This document shows positions 20,801 through 29,108 of a stretch of DNA of 64,000 nt, in pieces (the first letter of the stretch is position 1; the number at the start of each line of letters is the position of its first letter). Origin of the DNA: an uncultured Clostridium sp. (GTDB taxonomy: Bacteria; Bacillota; Clostridia; TANB77; CAG-508); contig USGK01000002.1 in the NCBI GenBank assembly GCA_900554175.1, forward strand, positions 31,402 through 95,401. Direction: 5' to 3'. The translations under genes and the position numbers were made by a program. A model generated the notes under the pieces. The model saw nothing but the letters and a program-made list of their open reading frames with translations, was not told the origin of the DNA and did no database searches.

Positions 20801-22738
20801 TTTTTTAGTTCTAGCTTTATTGTATATATCTTCTTTTGCATATACTTTATATACTGCTCCTGTAAGCATTGCATCTCCCTGTGGAATTGAACCAGTTTTA
20901 GAATCTTTCTTTATAATTGTTATATTCCCTGTTGGTTCATTATCTATAACATTATTTATATCTAAATAAATAACTTTTGTATTTTGATCTTTATACTTTA
21001 ATTCTGCATCAAATTCTTTTGTATTTAATAAATATCCCTCTGGAGCATTTGTTTCTTTAACATAGTATTTACCTAAATATAAATCAGAAAATTTAACCAT
21101 TCCCTCATCATTTGTAATAGCTTTTGTAATTAAATCTCCTTTTTTGTACCAAGTTTTAGTTCCTGCTACATTCTTTATATCTTCTCTTGCATAAAGTGAT
21201 ATTTCTGCTCCTTTTAGTTTGTTATTATAATCATCTGTTTTATATACTTTTATTTCTCCTGTTGGAGTAGTATCAATTTTTTCAAAACTTTCTAATACTA
21301 TTTTTTGTGTTTGTCCTTTATAAGATAAAGTAACATTATGCTTTGTAGAATCTAACAAATAACCTGTTGTTGCTTGTGTTTCTTCTACTATATATTTTCC
21401 AAGTGGAAGATTAGTAATTTCTGCTAATCCTTTGCTATCTGTTGTAATATTAGCAATTACTTGTCCCTCTGTATAATATGTTTTAGTTCCTTCTACATTT
21501 TTTATATTTTCATTTGCTATAACTTTGAATATTGTCCCCTTAATTAAGTCGCCTTGTTCACTTTTTTTAATTACTTGAATTGTTCCTGTTGGCTCATTAT
21601 TAACTATTGCTTGAGTTGCAGTTTGATTTACTTTCACTTCAACATTATAAGCCTGTGTATTTAATAAATAACCATTAGGAGCTGATTTTTCAGTAATCGT
21701 ATATATTCCTTTTCTTAATTTATCTATAGTTATTTTTCCATTAGTAACAGTTATATCTTGATTATATCCATTTGGTCCTGTAACATTAAATATTGCACCA
21801 TTTACTAAATCTCCATTTGTATTTAATTTTTGTAATTCTAATTTACCAAATGTTTCAATTTCTAAAGAAAAATTTAATGTTACTGGATCATTGTAACTCA
21901 TACAATATAATTGATTTTGCACACCTGATGCAAATTCAAAATAAACCATTGTATCATTATCTTCTGTTCCATTTTTTATCATTCCCCACTCTCTAAAGGT
22001 ATTGTCTGAAATTCTGTAATTCTCTAAATTTGTATTTTCATCTACTGAAATAGTCATTGAATTACTACCATTTTGATGAACAAATCTAATTCCATCTTTT
22101 GTATTATCTATTGTTCCATATTCTGCAAGAACCCCATTAGAGTCGTCTATTGTTTTTGTTTCTCCTGCTTGAATTGTGATTGTATCTCCATTAAAGCTAG
22201 GTCTTCTTTCAATACTTGCAATTTCGTTATTTATTCTATTTTTAAAATCTACATAACCTTGTTGCTCATCTGCATTAATAAATGTGGCATTACTTTGTCC
22301 TAGTATTTCCCAAATATATTGTTGAGTAAATACATAGTCCCATTTTACCCATTTCATATCACTTGCTAAAATACCACCATCTACTGTATATCCTCCATTA
22401 TTTTTATACCATCCTAAATAAGCAACTTTACAAGCCTTTCTAATATTAGAATTAGTTGGAGTATAATAAACTCCATTATATGATGCTCCTGTCTTAAAAT
22501 CTATTCCATGCTCTGCACAGAATACCGTTCTTCTTTCTCCTGTATTTAAGTTGTTTAATCTTCTTATTAGTACACCTGTTGTTCCACCTGCATTATCTGT
22601 TGTTTTCATTCCAGAGGCATATTGACCTCCAGACCATGTTCCACTTCCAGATGCTGCAAAAACAGGTTGAATTACACTAAATAATATTAAAAATAGCATT
22701 ATGACAGATACTATTTTATTAACTTTTTTTATTTTCAT
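17900..22738 (-). CDS. sortase-anchored surface adhesin with thioester domain and multiple SpaA/Cna-B-type domains
   Basis: 1612 aa. Signal peptide. Thioester-type Cys (RTVFCAEHG) and Gln (FTQQYIWE) motifs. Repeated ..G..Y.(V/I).E...P.GY.. domains. C-terminal VPKTG plus TM plus HNRNKNKDK. Confidence 0.85.
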   Translation of the reverse strand: MKIKKVNKIVSVIMLFLILFSVIQPVFAASGSGTWSGGQYASGMKTTDNAGGTTGVLIRRLNNLNTGERRTVFCAEHGIDFKTGASYNGVYYTPTNSNIRKACKVAYLGWYKNNGGYTVDGGILASDMKWVKWDYVFTQQYIWEILGQSNATFINADEQQGYVDFKNRINNEIASIERRPSFNGDTITIQAGETKTIDDSNGVLAEYGTIDNTKDGIRFVHQNGSNSMTISVDENTNLENYRISDNTFREWGMIKNGTEDNDTMVYFEFASGVQNQLYCMSYNDPVTLNFSLEIETFGKLELQKLNTNGDLVNGAIFNVTGPNGYNQDITVTNGKITIDKLRKGIYTITEKSAPNGYLLNTQAYNVEVKVNQTATQAIVNNEPTGTIQVIKKSEQGDLIKGTIFKVIANENIKNVEGTKTYYTEGQVIANITTDSKGLAEITNLPLGKYIVEETQATTGYLLDSTKHNVTLSYKGQTQKIVLESFEKIDTTPTGEIKVYKTDDYNNKLKGAEISLYAREDIKNVAGTKTWYKKGDLITKAITNDEGMVKFSDLYLGKYYVKETNAPEGYLLNTKEFDAELKYKDQNTKVIYLDINNVIDNEPTGNITIIKKDSKTGSIPQGDAMLTGAVYKVYAKEDIYNKARTKKFYSNGDLVATRTMNEKGTTEDITNLPLGKYVVKEETASLGYMIDTKEYEVNLVYKDQNTKVIFNTTTSLEKVKEMGVHIFKSGIKENSGETPGLEGAEFTIKLNSAVEKAYEQGYTYAEVWNGIDEEGNKVNVNANRVSQAQVIAPTYEIIKTDKDGNAYTQNNLPYGKYIVKETKTPTDYETAVDFTFSITNDETEINEVSKKTKHIVVNNEQLESYIKIVKKDLKTGKNVTLNSTTFEIKATKDIYDRATKKILFKKGEAISQKIGNTTYTSFTTNADNIVVPNNSFNTTNDNKSEVTTPLKLPVGSYEITEIKVPNGFLQLDKPVTFEIKNIKDYDTDKDGDFIKEVVVKNEQPTGTIELDKEIALREDVDTSLIDISDLSGIEFKLTAKEDIIDMADGSKIYNKGQEINKYNLTKDGKLIISELPMGTYEIEETKTLDGLVLNRNKYEVKYEQKDLTTKVYDEKLDVINDTTLVDFSKTDITGDKELAGAKLQVLDSEDNVIDEWISTEKTYKIEGLKIGKEYKLKEEIAPERYVIATEIKFIIKDTNEIQIVNMKDKIVSMSKVDIGGEEIEGAKIQVFDKDDNLVDEWTSTKEEHKIKNLKENETYRLHEEVAPDGFVKATDVEFKVSDKKENEHIELVDKIVEMSKEDISSKEIEGAKLQVLDADGNVIDEWTSGKEAHKVTGLEENKTYKLHEELAVGNYVKASDIEFKVTTDKATQKIVMIDKLVEITKTDITNGNELDGAELEVTDEDGNTIDKWTSTKEPHQVKDLEEGKTYILKETTAPYGYEITEEIKFIVTADKETQKIEMKDMPILKNVKVIKVDTETKEIIKDNFIFGIYEDPECTKLIKEVKSNKEDGTALFEDLRYGTYYIKEIKAPKDYELSSRIAKVEINDKGIFVDNGQIEEKDSTIEFTFENKKIVVPKTGDESNIKLIGGILILSILGIAYIIIHNRNKNKDK
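18341..19366 (-). repeat. four tandem ~86-aa (~258-bp) Cna-B-like repeats inside adhesin gene
   Basis: Units share (E/D)..GA(K/E)L(Q/E)V.D.(D/E).N.(I/V)D.W(T/I)S..E.H....L.E...Y.L.E..AP.G(Y/F). Coordinates derived by counting residues from the C-terminus. Confidence 0.8.
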
Positions 22739-22813
22739 ATAATTTTACCTCCTATTTTCATAAAAAAAGAACAAGTAATACTATACTTGCTCTATCCAAT
22801 TTTAATATTTTAT

Positions 22814-23440
22814 TTAATTATAATAAAAGTTTATTGTCCATTTTTCACATAATGGACATGACCAAGTTTCATATCCATAAGGGCAATTTTTTTGATATGT
22901 TTCATCATCAATCTCAAATTTTTCCCATTTGTCACCCCAAGTTTTTATTATGCTTTGATAGTGATTTATAGCCTCTTGTTTTGAATTAAACCATTTATTT
23001 GAATTACCAACACCAATGTAATGATTAGATTCACTACATTTTGGAATAACTGGTTCAGGTTCTTTTATAGATTCAGGCTTTGTTTCAACAACTTTAATTT
23101 CTTCCTTTGGTTGTGAAACTTGTATTGGTTCTTCTACTTTTTGAATTTTTTGAACTTCTTGTACCTTAGGTTGTTCAACTATTTTTTCTTCTTTTGGTGT
23201 AGAGACAATTGTTTTATTCTTTTCTACACCAGTTTGTTCTTCTAATACACTATTTTCATTAATTTTCTGTGTTTTATTTTCTTCAGGCATTATTATTATA
23301 TTTTCAGGAGTTTTATCCACTATTTCCACAATATTTTCTATATACTCATTTTTATTTTTTTCTTTATTGTTGCTATAAATATTTTCTCCCATAAAAGTTG
23401 TGAGCATTAATATTATAATTATTATTATTATTTTTTTCAT
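22814..23440 (-). CDS. membrane-anchored protein with P/E/K/V-rich spacer and small Cys-containing C-terminal domain
   Basis: ORF track to 23449. ATG at 23440 (MKKIIII) has better spacing from AAAGGAG. C-terminal domain has 4 Cys (PKC..., NCPYGYETWSCPLCEKW). Confidence 0.55.
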   Translation of the reverse strand: MKKIIIIIIILMLTTFMGENIYSNNKEKNKNEYIENIVEIVDKTPENIIIMPEENKTQKINENSVLEEQTGVEKNKTIVSTPKEEKIVEQPKVQEVQKIQKVEEPIQVSQPKEEIKVVETKPESIKEPEPVIPKCSESNHYIGVGNSNKWFNSKQEAINHYQSIIKTWGDKWEKFEIDDETYQKNCPYGYETWSCPLCEKWTINFYYN

Positions 23441-23601
23441 TATTACCATCTCCTTTAACTTAATTATAGGAGCATATAAGTATTAAAACAAATGTGTAAA
23501 TTATTATATATAATATTACTCTTTTAGTTTGTATATAGTATGTTATTTATAAGGGATTGTAAGGGAAAACTTTGTAATGTGGTCATACAAATGTCATACA
23601 T

Positions 23602-24552
23602 TTATCTTGCATCTCTTTCTTGTTTTAATCTTTCTCTCTTATTATGTTCTTGGACACACATAATTATAAAGTCTTCCACATTTCCTGTTTCTTTAATCTT
23701 TGTTGGTATATACCTATCAATTTTTTCATTATGTATTTTTATAAATTCCTTTTGATTAGGCTTTTCTTTATCAAGCAGTTCTTCTATTTTTTCTTCTGTA
23801 ATAGTTCCTTCTTGTTGCATTTTTTTAAGAACTATCGCTTGACTTAAACTTGGAGATATATCATCATATTCAAGTTTGTTTAATACCACATATTGATTTT
23901 CATCAGATAAATAAGATAATTCTACTGCTGGTCTAAAAGCAATTCGTTTATTATCAACTTCTTCTAATAATTCAGGTATTAGTTTAGTAAGTCTTATATA
24001 TCTTCTTATATTTTCTCTGCTTTCTCCAACTTCCTCTCCTAATATTTCTCTCGATGTCAACTTCTGCACCACTGGTGCCGAAGTTTCATTTTCTTCTAAA
24101 TCAATATTCTTTCCTTGATGTTTCATAGCATCTAGCTTCATTTTATATGCAAATGCTTTCTCACTTGGCAGTATTTCTTCTCTTTGAATATTACTATCTA
24201 CCATTAAAATAGTAGCCTCATCATTAGATAAATCTTTTACAATACACCTTATTTGTTTTACTCCTGCAAGTTCACAAGCTCTTTTTCTCCTATGTCCTGA
24301 AATCATTTCATAAGTTCCGTTTTCTTTTGGTCTAACAATAACAGGAAGTATTACTCCATATTCTTTTACACTCTTGACCATTTCTTTCATTTTGTCATCA
24401 TCATTAACTTTGAAAGGATGGTTTGGAAAATTAGAAATCTTACTTATATCGATTTCTTGCACTTTTTCTGAATTATTATAATCTCGTTCTTCTTGAGTAG
24501 TAAATAAATCATCTAACTTTGGAAGTTTCATTTCTTGTTTTTGTTCTTTCAT
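23602..24552 (-). CDS. parB: ParB/Spo0J-family partition/nuclease-domain protein
   Basis: 316 aa. ISNFPNHPFKV and ISGHRRKRA ParB-box motifs. AAGGAGG 9 nt upstream of the ATG. Confidence 0.85.
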   Translation of the reverse strand: MKEQKQEMKLPKLDDLFTTQEERDYNNSEKVQEIDISKISNFPNHPFKVNDDDKMKEMVKSVKEYGVILPVIVRPKENGTYEMISGHRRKRACELAGVKQIRCIVKDLSNDEATILMVDSNIQREEILPSEKAFAYKMKLDAMKHQGKNIDLEENETSAPVVQKLTSREILGEEVGESRENIRRYIRLTKLIPELLEEVDNKRIAFRPAVELSYLSDENQYVVLNKLEYDDISPSLSQAIVLKKMQQEGTITEEKIEELLDKEKPNQKEFIKIHNEKIDRYIPTKIKETGNVEDFIIMCVQEHNKRERLKQERDAR

Positions 24553-25327
24553 TGTTTAATACCTCCTTTGCTAAATTTTTATAAGAATCAGCCACAGGAC
24601 TATTTTTATCAAACTCGAATATACTTTTACCTGTTGAACTTGATTTTGCCGTATTTATGGCTTTTGGGATTTCTGTATTATATATTTTGACATGTTGTCC
24701 ATAATTTTCTTCTAATGTATCTCTTACTTGTTTCGACAAATTAGTCCTTTTATCGACAAGAGTAAGTAATACCCCTCCAATTTTAAGATTAGGATTTATT
24801 TGTTTATGAACCTTTGAAACAGTTTGTAATAAATGTCCCATTCCTTTTGCAGCTAAATATTCTCCTTGAACAGGAATAATAATCTTATCACTACAAGCTA
24901 GAGCATTTATCGTTATCATTCCAAGAGATGGCATACAATCAATCAAAATATAATCGTATTTATCTTTTACACTACTAATAGCATTCTTTAATGTAAATTC
25001 TCTACTCATTGCATTTACTAATGACATTTCTAATGCAGACAAATCTAAATTAGATGGAATTAAATCTATTTTCTCTTTATGATGAAGAATTGCATCTTCA
25101 ATTTTTATTTCTTTGTCTTGTATAGTATCAGTCATCAAAGTTCCAATGGTATTTTGCATTTCGTCTTGATTATAATATCCCATGCAAGTAGTTAAATCTC
25201 CCTGTGGATCAGCATCGATAAGTAAAACCTTTTTTCCTTCTTTTGCAAGAGCTACACCTAAAGAAAAAGTGGTAGTCGTTTTTCCAACTCCACCTTTTTG
25301 ATTGGCTATTGCTATAATTTTACTCAT
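24509..25327 (-). CDS. parA: ParA/Soj-family ATPase
   Basis: Deviant Walker A IANQKGGVGKTTT. True start is ATG at 25327 with AGGAGG 6 nt upstream. The 19-aa extension in the ORF track looks non-genic. Confidence 0.9.
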   Translation of the reverse strand: MSKIIAIANQKGGVGKTTTTFSLGVALAKEGKKVLLIDADPQGDLTTCMGYYNQDEMQNTIGTLMTDTIQDKEIKIEDAILHHKEKIDLIPSNLDLSALEMSLVNAMSREFTLKNAISSVKDKYDYILIDCMPSLGMITINALACSDKIIIPVQGEYLAAKGMGHLLQTVSKVHKQINPNLKIGGVLLTLVDKRTNLSKQVRDTLEENYGQHVKIYNTEIPKAINTAKSSSTGKSIFEFDKNSPVADSYKNLAKEVLNNERTKTRNETSKVR

Positions 25328-25931
25328 CTTTGTCCTCCTGTTCTTCACTTTCAGGAAGAGATACAAACATAAAATTATTATCAAATAATCCTCTATAGTT
25401 TATATCTTCTTCAATACAATGTACATATTCGGATATAGCAAAGTCCAATGCTCTCAATATTTCATCACTATCTACATTAAATGAATTATTGTATTTTAAT
25501 GCTTTTATAATTCCATTTACAAAAACAAAATCTTCTACTTCAAATTCATACCATGACTCTAATGATACTAAATTATTTGAAAATAATTCAGAACCTAATG
25601 CTCTTATTACTATCATCATTAAATCAACCATAGATGCAACATATCTGCCCTCTATCATTATAATTTCTTCTTCCTGTTTCTTTAATAATTTTTTTACATC
25701 AAGTTCTTTTTTGCTAGGTTTAGCATATTTATTCAATATTTTTTTAGTTCTTTTGAAATTTAATCTTGTTTCTTTCATTAAATCTCTTAAATCAAGAACT
25801 CTCCTAACTCTGTCATATAAAACTTGTTCAATGTTTTCGCATTCTTCTATTGCATATACTTCTCTTTGCTTTTTTAGAAAAGCCATTATTTCTTCTCTTG
25901 TGTCATATTTAATATTTTTTTCTTCTTCCAT
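25320..25931 (-). CDS. ICE hypothetical protein (203 aa), outermost element gene on this side
   Basis: Overlaps the parA start by 8 nt. GAGAGG RBS. Acidic. No family recognised. Confidence 0.5.
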   Translation of the reverse strand: MEEEKNIKYDTREEIMAFLKKQREVYAIEECENIEQVLYDRVRRVLDLRDLMKETRLNFKRTKKILNKYAKPSKKELDVKKLLKKQEEEIIMIEGRYVASMVDLMMIVIRALGSELFSNNLVSLESWYEFEVEDFVFVNGIIKALKYNNSFNVDSDEILRALDFAISEYVHCIEEDINYRGLFDNNFMFVSLPESEEQEDKDE

Positions 25932-25953
25932 TTTTGCCTCTCTTTCTCGGAGG

Positions 25954-25992
25954 TATAAAAAAAGAAGACAACTTATTTCTAAATTATCTTCT
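25954..25992 (-). terminator. rho-independent terminator of queH
   Basis: Minus-strand RNA AGAAGAUAAUUU-AGAAAU-AAGUUGUCUUCU (12 bp including 2 G-U) followed by UUUUUUUA. The G-U pairs make it minus-strand specific. Confidence 0.6.
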
Positions 25993-26016
25993 ATATGTTA
26001 GATATTATTTCAATAA

Positions 26017-27060
26017 CTACATTTTCTTACTTAAATCTTTTGAATAATATATTAAATCAGTACAAATTAAATCTCCATCCCATATTTTTTCATCATAATT
26101 ATCTACAAAGAAATTTTTTATTGTCTTTTCATATTTATCAAACCCCTGCTTAACATAGAATGGAATATTGTTCTCTGTTGTTCCAACTAACATCTTTTTA
26201 TATTTTTGTTTATAATTATCTGCTAAATATTTTAGCATTTTCTTTCCTAAACCTTGTCCTCTAAATTCTTTTTTAGTTGCTATATTTTTTAACTCTACTG
26301 TATCTTCATCTATTTTTGTGACTACTGCAATACATGCTACATCATCTTTATATGTTAATACAAATAATTCTCCATTTTTTAAATAATTATTTATCATATC
26401 TTTACTTGGATCTGCTTCAAGTAATAAATCCATGTATTGTTCTTTGTTATCTTTTTCTTTTTTTATATTTATACTTCTTTTTACAGGAAGAAATTCAAAT
26501 CCATCTGGTAATTTAGGTTTGTTATTTGTGTGGGCTAAAAATATTTGTGCCTCTGAAAACACGCATCCACAATATTTCTGCATATATAATCCTAATTGTA
26601 TTGCCTTGTCATGTCCTTTCCAAAAACCTACTCTAAAATCCCTGTATAAGAATTCTATTCCATATTCTTTTGCTAATTTTTGGCCATATAATTTTATAAA
26701 ATCATGTTTTTGATAAATACTATATAAAAGAGTTGTAGTAACAGCATCAAACCCATGGTCTCTCGCATATTCAAAACTCTTTTTTAATCTTATTTTATAA
26801 CAATACTCTACACATCTTGTATTTAATGAACCTGCAACATTTTTACAAAATTCATCTAATCCATATTCATCTTCTATTATAGATTTTATATTAACCTTAT
26901 CTGCATATTCTTTTAAACAATTTCTTCTTGTTTCATATTCTTTATATGGATGAATATTTGGATTGTACCAAAATAAAGTAGGCTCTATTCCTTCTTTTCT
27001 TAAACTATCTATACAATACACACTACACGGAGCACAACATACATGCATTAATAACTTCAT
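26017..27060 (-). CDS. queH: epoxyqueuosine reductase QueH (DUF208) fused to C-terminal GNAT acetyltransferase domain
   Basis: MKLLMHVCCAPCS and QKYCGCVFSE QueH Cys motifs. C-terminal about 150 aa with EFRGQGLGKKML and PFYVKQGF GNAT motifs. Start taken as ATG 27060, not the track's 27105. Confidence 0.8.
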   Translation of the reverse strand: MKLLMHVCCAPCSVYCIDSLRKEGIEPTLFWYNPNIHPYKEYETRRNCLKEYADKVNIKSIIEDEYGLDEFCKNVAGSLNTRCVEYCYKIRLKKSFEYARDHGFDAVTTTLLYSIYQKHDFIKLYGQKLAKEYGIEFLYRDFRVGFWKGHDKAIQLGLYMQKYCGCVFSEAQIFLAHTNNKPKLPDGFEFLPVKRSINIKKEKDNKEQYMDLLLEADPSKDMINNYLKNGELFVLTYKDDVACIAVVTKIDEDTVELKNIATKKEFRGQGLGKKMLKYLADNYKQKYKKMLVGTTENNIPFYVKQGFDKYEKTIKNFFVDNYDEKIWDGDLICTDLIYYSKDLSKKM

Positions 27061-27079
27061 TTTAAAAATCCTTTCATTA

Positions 27080-28093
27080 TTAGAATAAATTTGTCTGATA
27101 CCCAAATCCCATATGCTTATAAGCCGGAGGTAAAACTTGTCTACCTCTTGGTGTCCTTGCTACAAATCCTATTTGCATTAAATATGGTTCATATACGTCT
27201 TCTATTGTATCTATTTCTTCTCCCATTGATGCTGCTAATGCCTCTATTCCAACTGGTCTACCATTATATTGAACAATCATCATTTCTAACATTTTTCTGT
27301 CTACTTCATCTAATCCTAATTCATCTATTTCTAGTTTGTTTAAAGCGTGTTTTGCAATTTTTAATGTAATGCTACCATCTCCTAATACCAAAGCATAGTC
27401 ACGCACTCTTTTTAGTAATCTATTTGCTATTCTTGGTGTTCCTCTAGATCTTCTTGCAATTTCAATTGCCGCTTCTTTTTCTATTTTTATTTTTAGAATT
27501 TTACTTGACCTTTCAACTATGGTCGTTAAATCTTCAACCGTATAAAGTTCTAATCTATGTACTATGCCGAATCTATCTCTTAATGGAGTTGTAAGTGAAC
27601 CCGCTTTCGTTGTTGCTCCAATTAATGTAAATTTTGGTAAATCAATTCTTATAGATCTTGCCTCAGGTCCTTTTCCCAATGTAATATCTAATGAAAAGTC
27701 TTCTAATGCAGGGTATAAAATTTCTTCAACATTTTTACTTAATCTATGAATTTCATCGATAAATAAGACGTCAAACTCTTTAAGACTAGTTAAAATTCCA
27801 GCTAAATCTCCTGGTTTTTCTATAGCCGGTCCTGATGTTATCTTTATATTTGAATGCATTTCATTTGCTATAATACATGATATAGTTGTTTTACCTAATC
27901 CAGGTGGTCCATAAAAAAGGCAATGATCTAATGGTTCATTTCTTTTTTGAGCTGATTTTATATAAATATCCATATTCTCTTTTACTTTGTTTTGTCCTAT
28001 ATATTCTTTTAAAGTCTGAGGTCTTAATGATTTTTCTAAATTTTCTTCCTCAATGTCCTCAAGTTCTGGATTTGTAATTTTTTCTTCGTCCAA
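27080..28093 (-). CDS. ruvB: Holliday junction branch migration ATPase RuvB
   Basis: 337 aa. [12 protein letters not shown], Walker [24 protein letters not shown]. Confidence 0.95.
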   Translation of the reverse strand: MDEEKITNPELEDIEEENLEKSLRPQTLKEYIGQNKVKENMDIYIKSAQKRNEPLDHCLFYGPPGLGKTTISCIIANEMHSNIKITSGPAIEKPGDLAGILTSLKEFDVLFIDEIHRLSKNVEEILYPALEDFSLDITLGKGPEARSIRIDLPKFTLIGATTKAGSLTTPLRDRFGIVHRLELYTVEDLTTIVERSSKILKIKIEKEAAIEIARRSRGTPRIANRLLKRVRDYALVLGDGSITLKIAKHALNKLEIDELGLDEVDRKMLEMMIVQYNGRPVGIEALAASMGEEIDTIEDVYEPYLMQIGFVARTPRGRQVLPPAYKHMGFGYQTNLF

Positions 28094-28151
28094 CTTTTTT
28101 CTCCTTTCGAAAAATTTGTTTGATATTACTTCAGATTAAAATTTTTAGATT

Positions 28152-29108
28152 TTATAATTGATCAAATGAATCAATTAGCTCTTCAAAATATTGTGGTAAT
28201 TTTGCTTCTATATGCATCTGTTTTCCGGTTATTGGATGCTTAAAATCCAGCATCCATGCATGTAGACATTGTCCGTGTATACCAAATTCATTTTTACCAT
28301 TTGAATACACTTCATCACCAACTATTGGAAATCCTATATGAGATAAATGTACTCTTATTTGATGAGTTCTTCCTGTTTCTATATTAATTTTTAACAATGT
28401 ATATTTGTTTTTTAATTTTGATTTTTCTATTCTCTTAATTACTTTAAAATGTGTTATTGCATTTTTTCCTTTTGAATCAACTGCCATTTTTTTTCTATCT
28501 TTTGTACTTCGTGCAATCGGCATATTTATTGTAGCTTCATCTTCTTTTATAATTCCTCTAACTAATGCAATATAAGTTTTCTTTACCTCATGTCTTTTTA
28601 TCTGTTCACTTAATATAACATGTGCTTTATCATTTTTTGCAACAATAATTGCACCTGACGTATCTTTATCTAATCTGTGAACTATTCCTGGCCTTATTTC
28701 TCCTCCTATTCCAGAAAGCGAATCTTTACATTTAGCCATTACTGCATTAACCAAAGTACCTTCATAAATTCCATTTGCAGGATGTACAACCATGCCTTTT
28801 GGTTTGTTAATTATTATAATATCATCATCTTCATAAATTACATCCAAAGGTATATCTTGTGGTAATATATCCGACTTTATAGGTTTTTCTTCTATAATTT
28901 CAATCTTATCATTTTCTAAAACTTTATATGAAGCTTTTATTGTTTTTCCATTTACAGTAATTTTTTTTTCATCAATTAATCTTTGAACTTTATTCCTTGT
29001 GTAATCTCCTTCAAATTTAGGGATATATGCATCTATTCTTGTCTTAGAATTCTCTTTATTTACTATTATAGTCTTTTTCTTCATTTTACTTAAAATTTTT
29101 CCTTTCAT
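28152..29108 (-). CDS. rluD: 23S rRNA pseudouridine synthase, RluD family (S4 domain plus RluA-type catalytic domain)
   Basis: HRLDKDTSG catalytic motif and N-terminal S4-like RIDAYI..NKVQRLI. Classic lspA-rluD synteny. Start ambiguous (29108 or 29084). Confidence 0.85.
   Translation of the reverse strand: MKGKILSKMKKKTIIVNKENSKTRIDAYIPKFEGDYTRNKVQRLIDEKKITVNGKTIKASYKVLENDKIEIIEEKPIKSDILPQDIPLDVIYEDDDIIIINKPKGMVVHPANGIYEGTLVNAVMAKCKDSLSGIGGEIRPGIVHRLDKDTSGAIIVAKNDKAHVILSEQIKRHEVKKTYIALVRGIIKEDEATINMPIARSTKDRKKMAVDSKGKNAITHFKVIKRIEKSKLKNKYTLLKINIETGRTHQIRVHLSHIGFPIVGDEVYSNGKNEFGIHGQCLHAWMLDFKHPITGKQMHIEAKLPQYFEELIDSFDQL

Noticed and set aside
25328-25384. N-terminal extension of ParA in the ORF track (MIIILCLYLFLKVKNRRTK)
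   Set aside because: The canonical ParA N-terminus MSKIIAIANQKGGVGKT starts at 25327 with AGGAGG 6 nt upstream. I likewise trimmed queH (27061-27105), ispG (54257-54307), the Alg13-like gene (36776-36856), Maff2 (1770-1805) and the nested TnpV ORF (16061-16111).
25489-26001. 170-aa plus-strand ORF antisense to the 203-aa ICE gene
   Set aside because: It is an S/F/I-rich low-complexity translation antisense to a co-directional operon gene, with no RBS or promoter. The same reasoning rejects 12427-12828, 35789-36103, 56637-57047, 31975-32310 and the other short antisense ORFs in the track.
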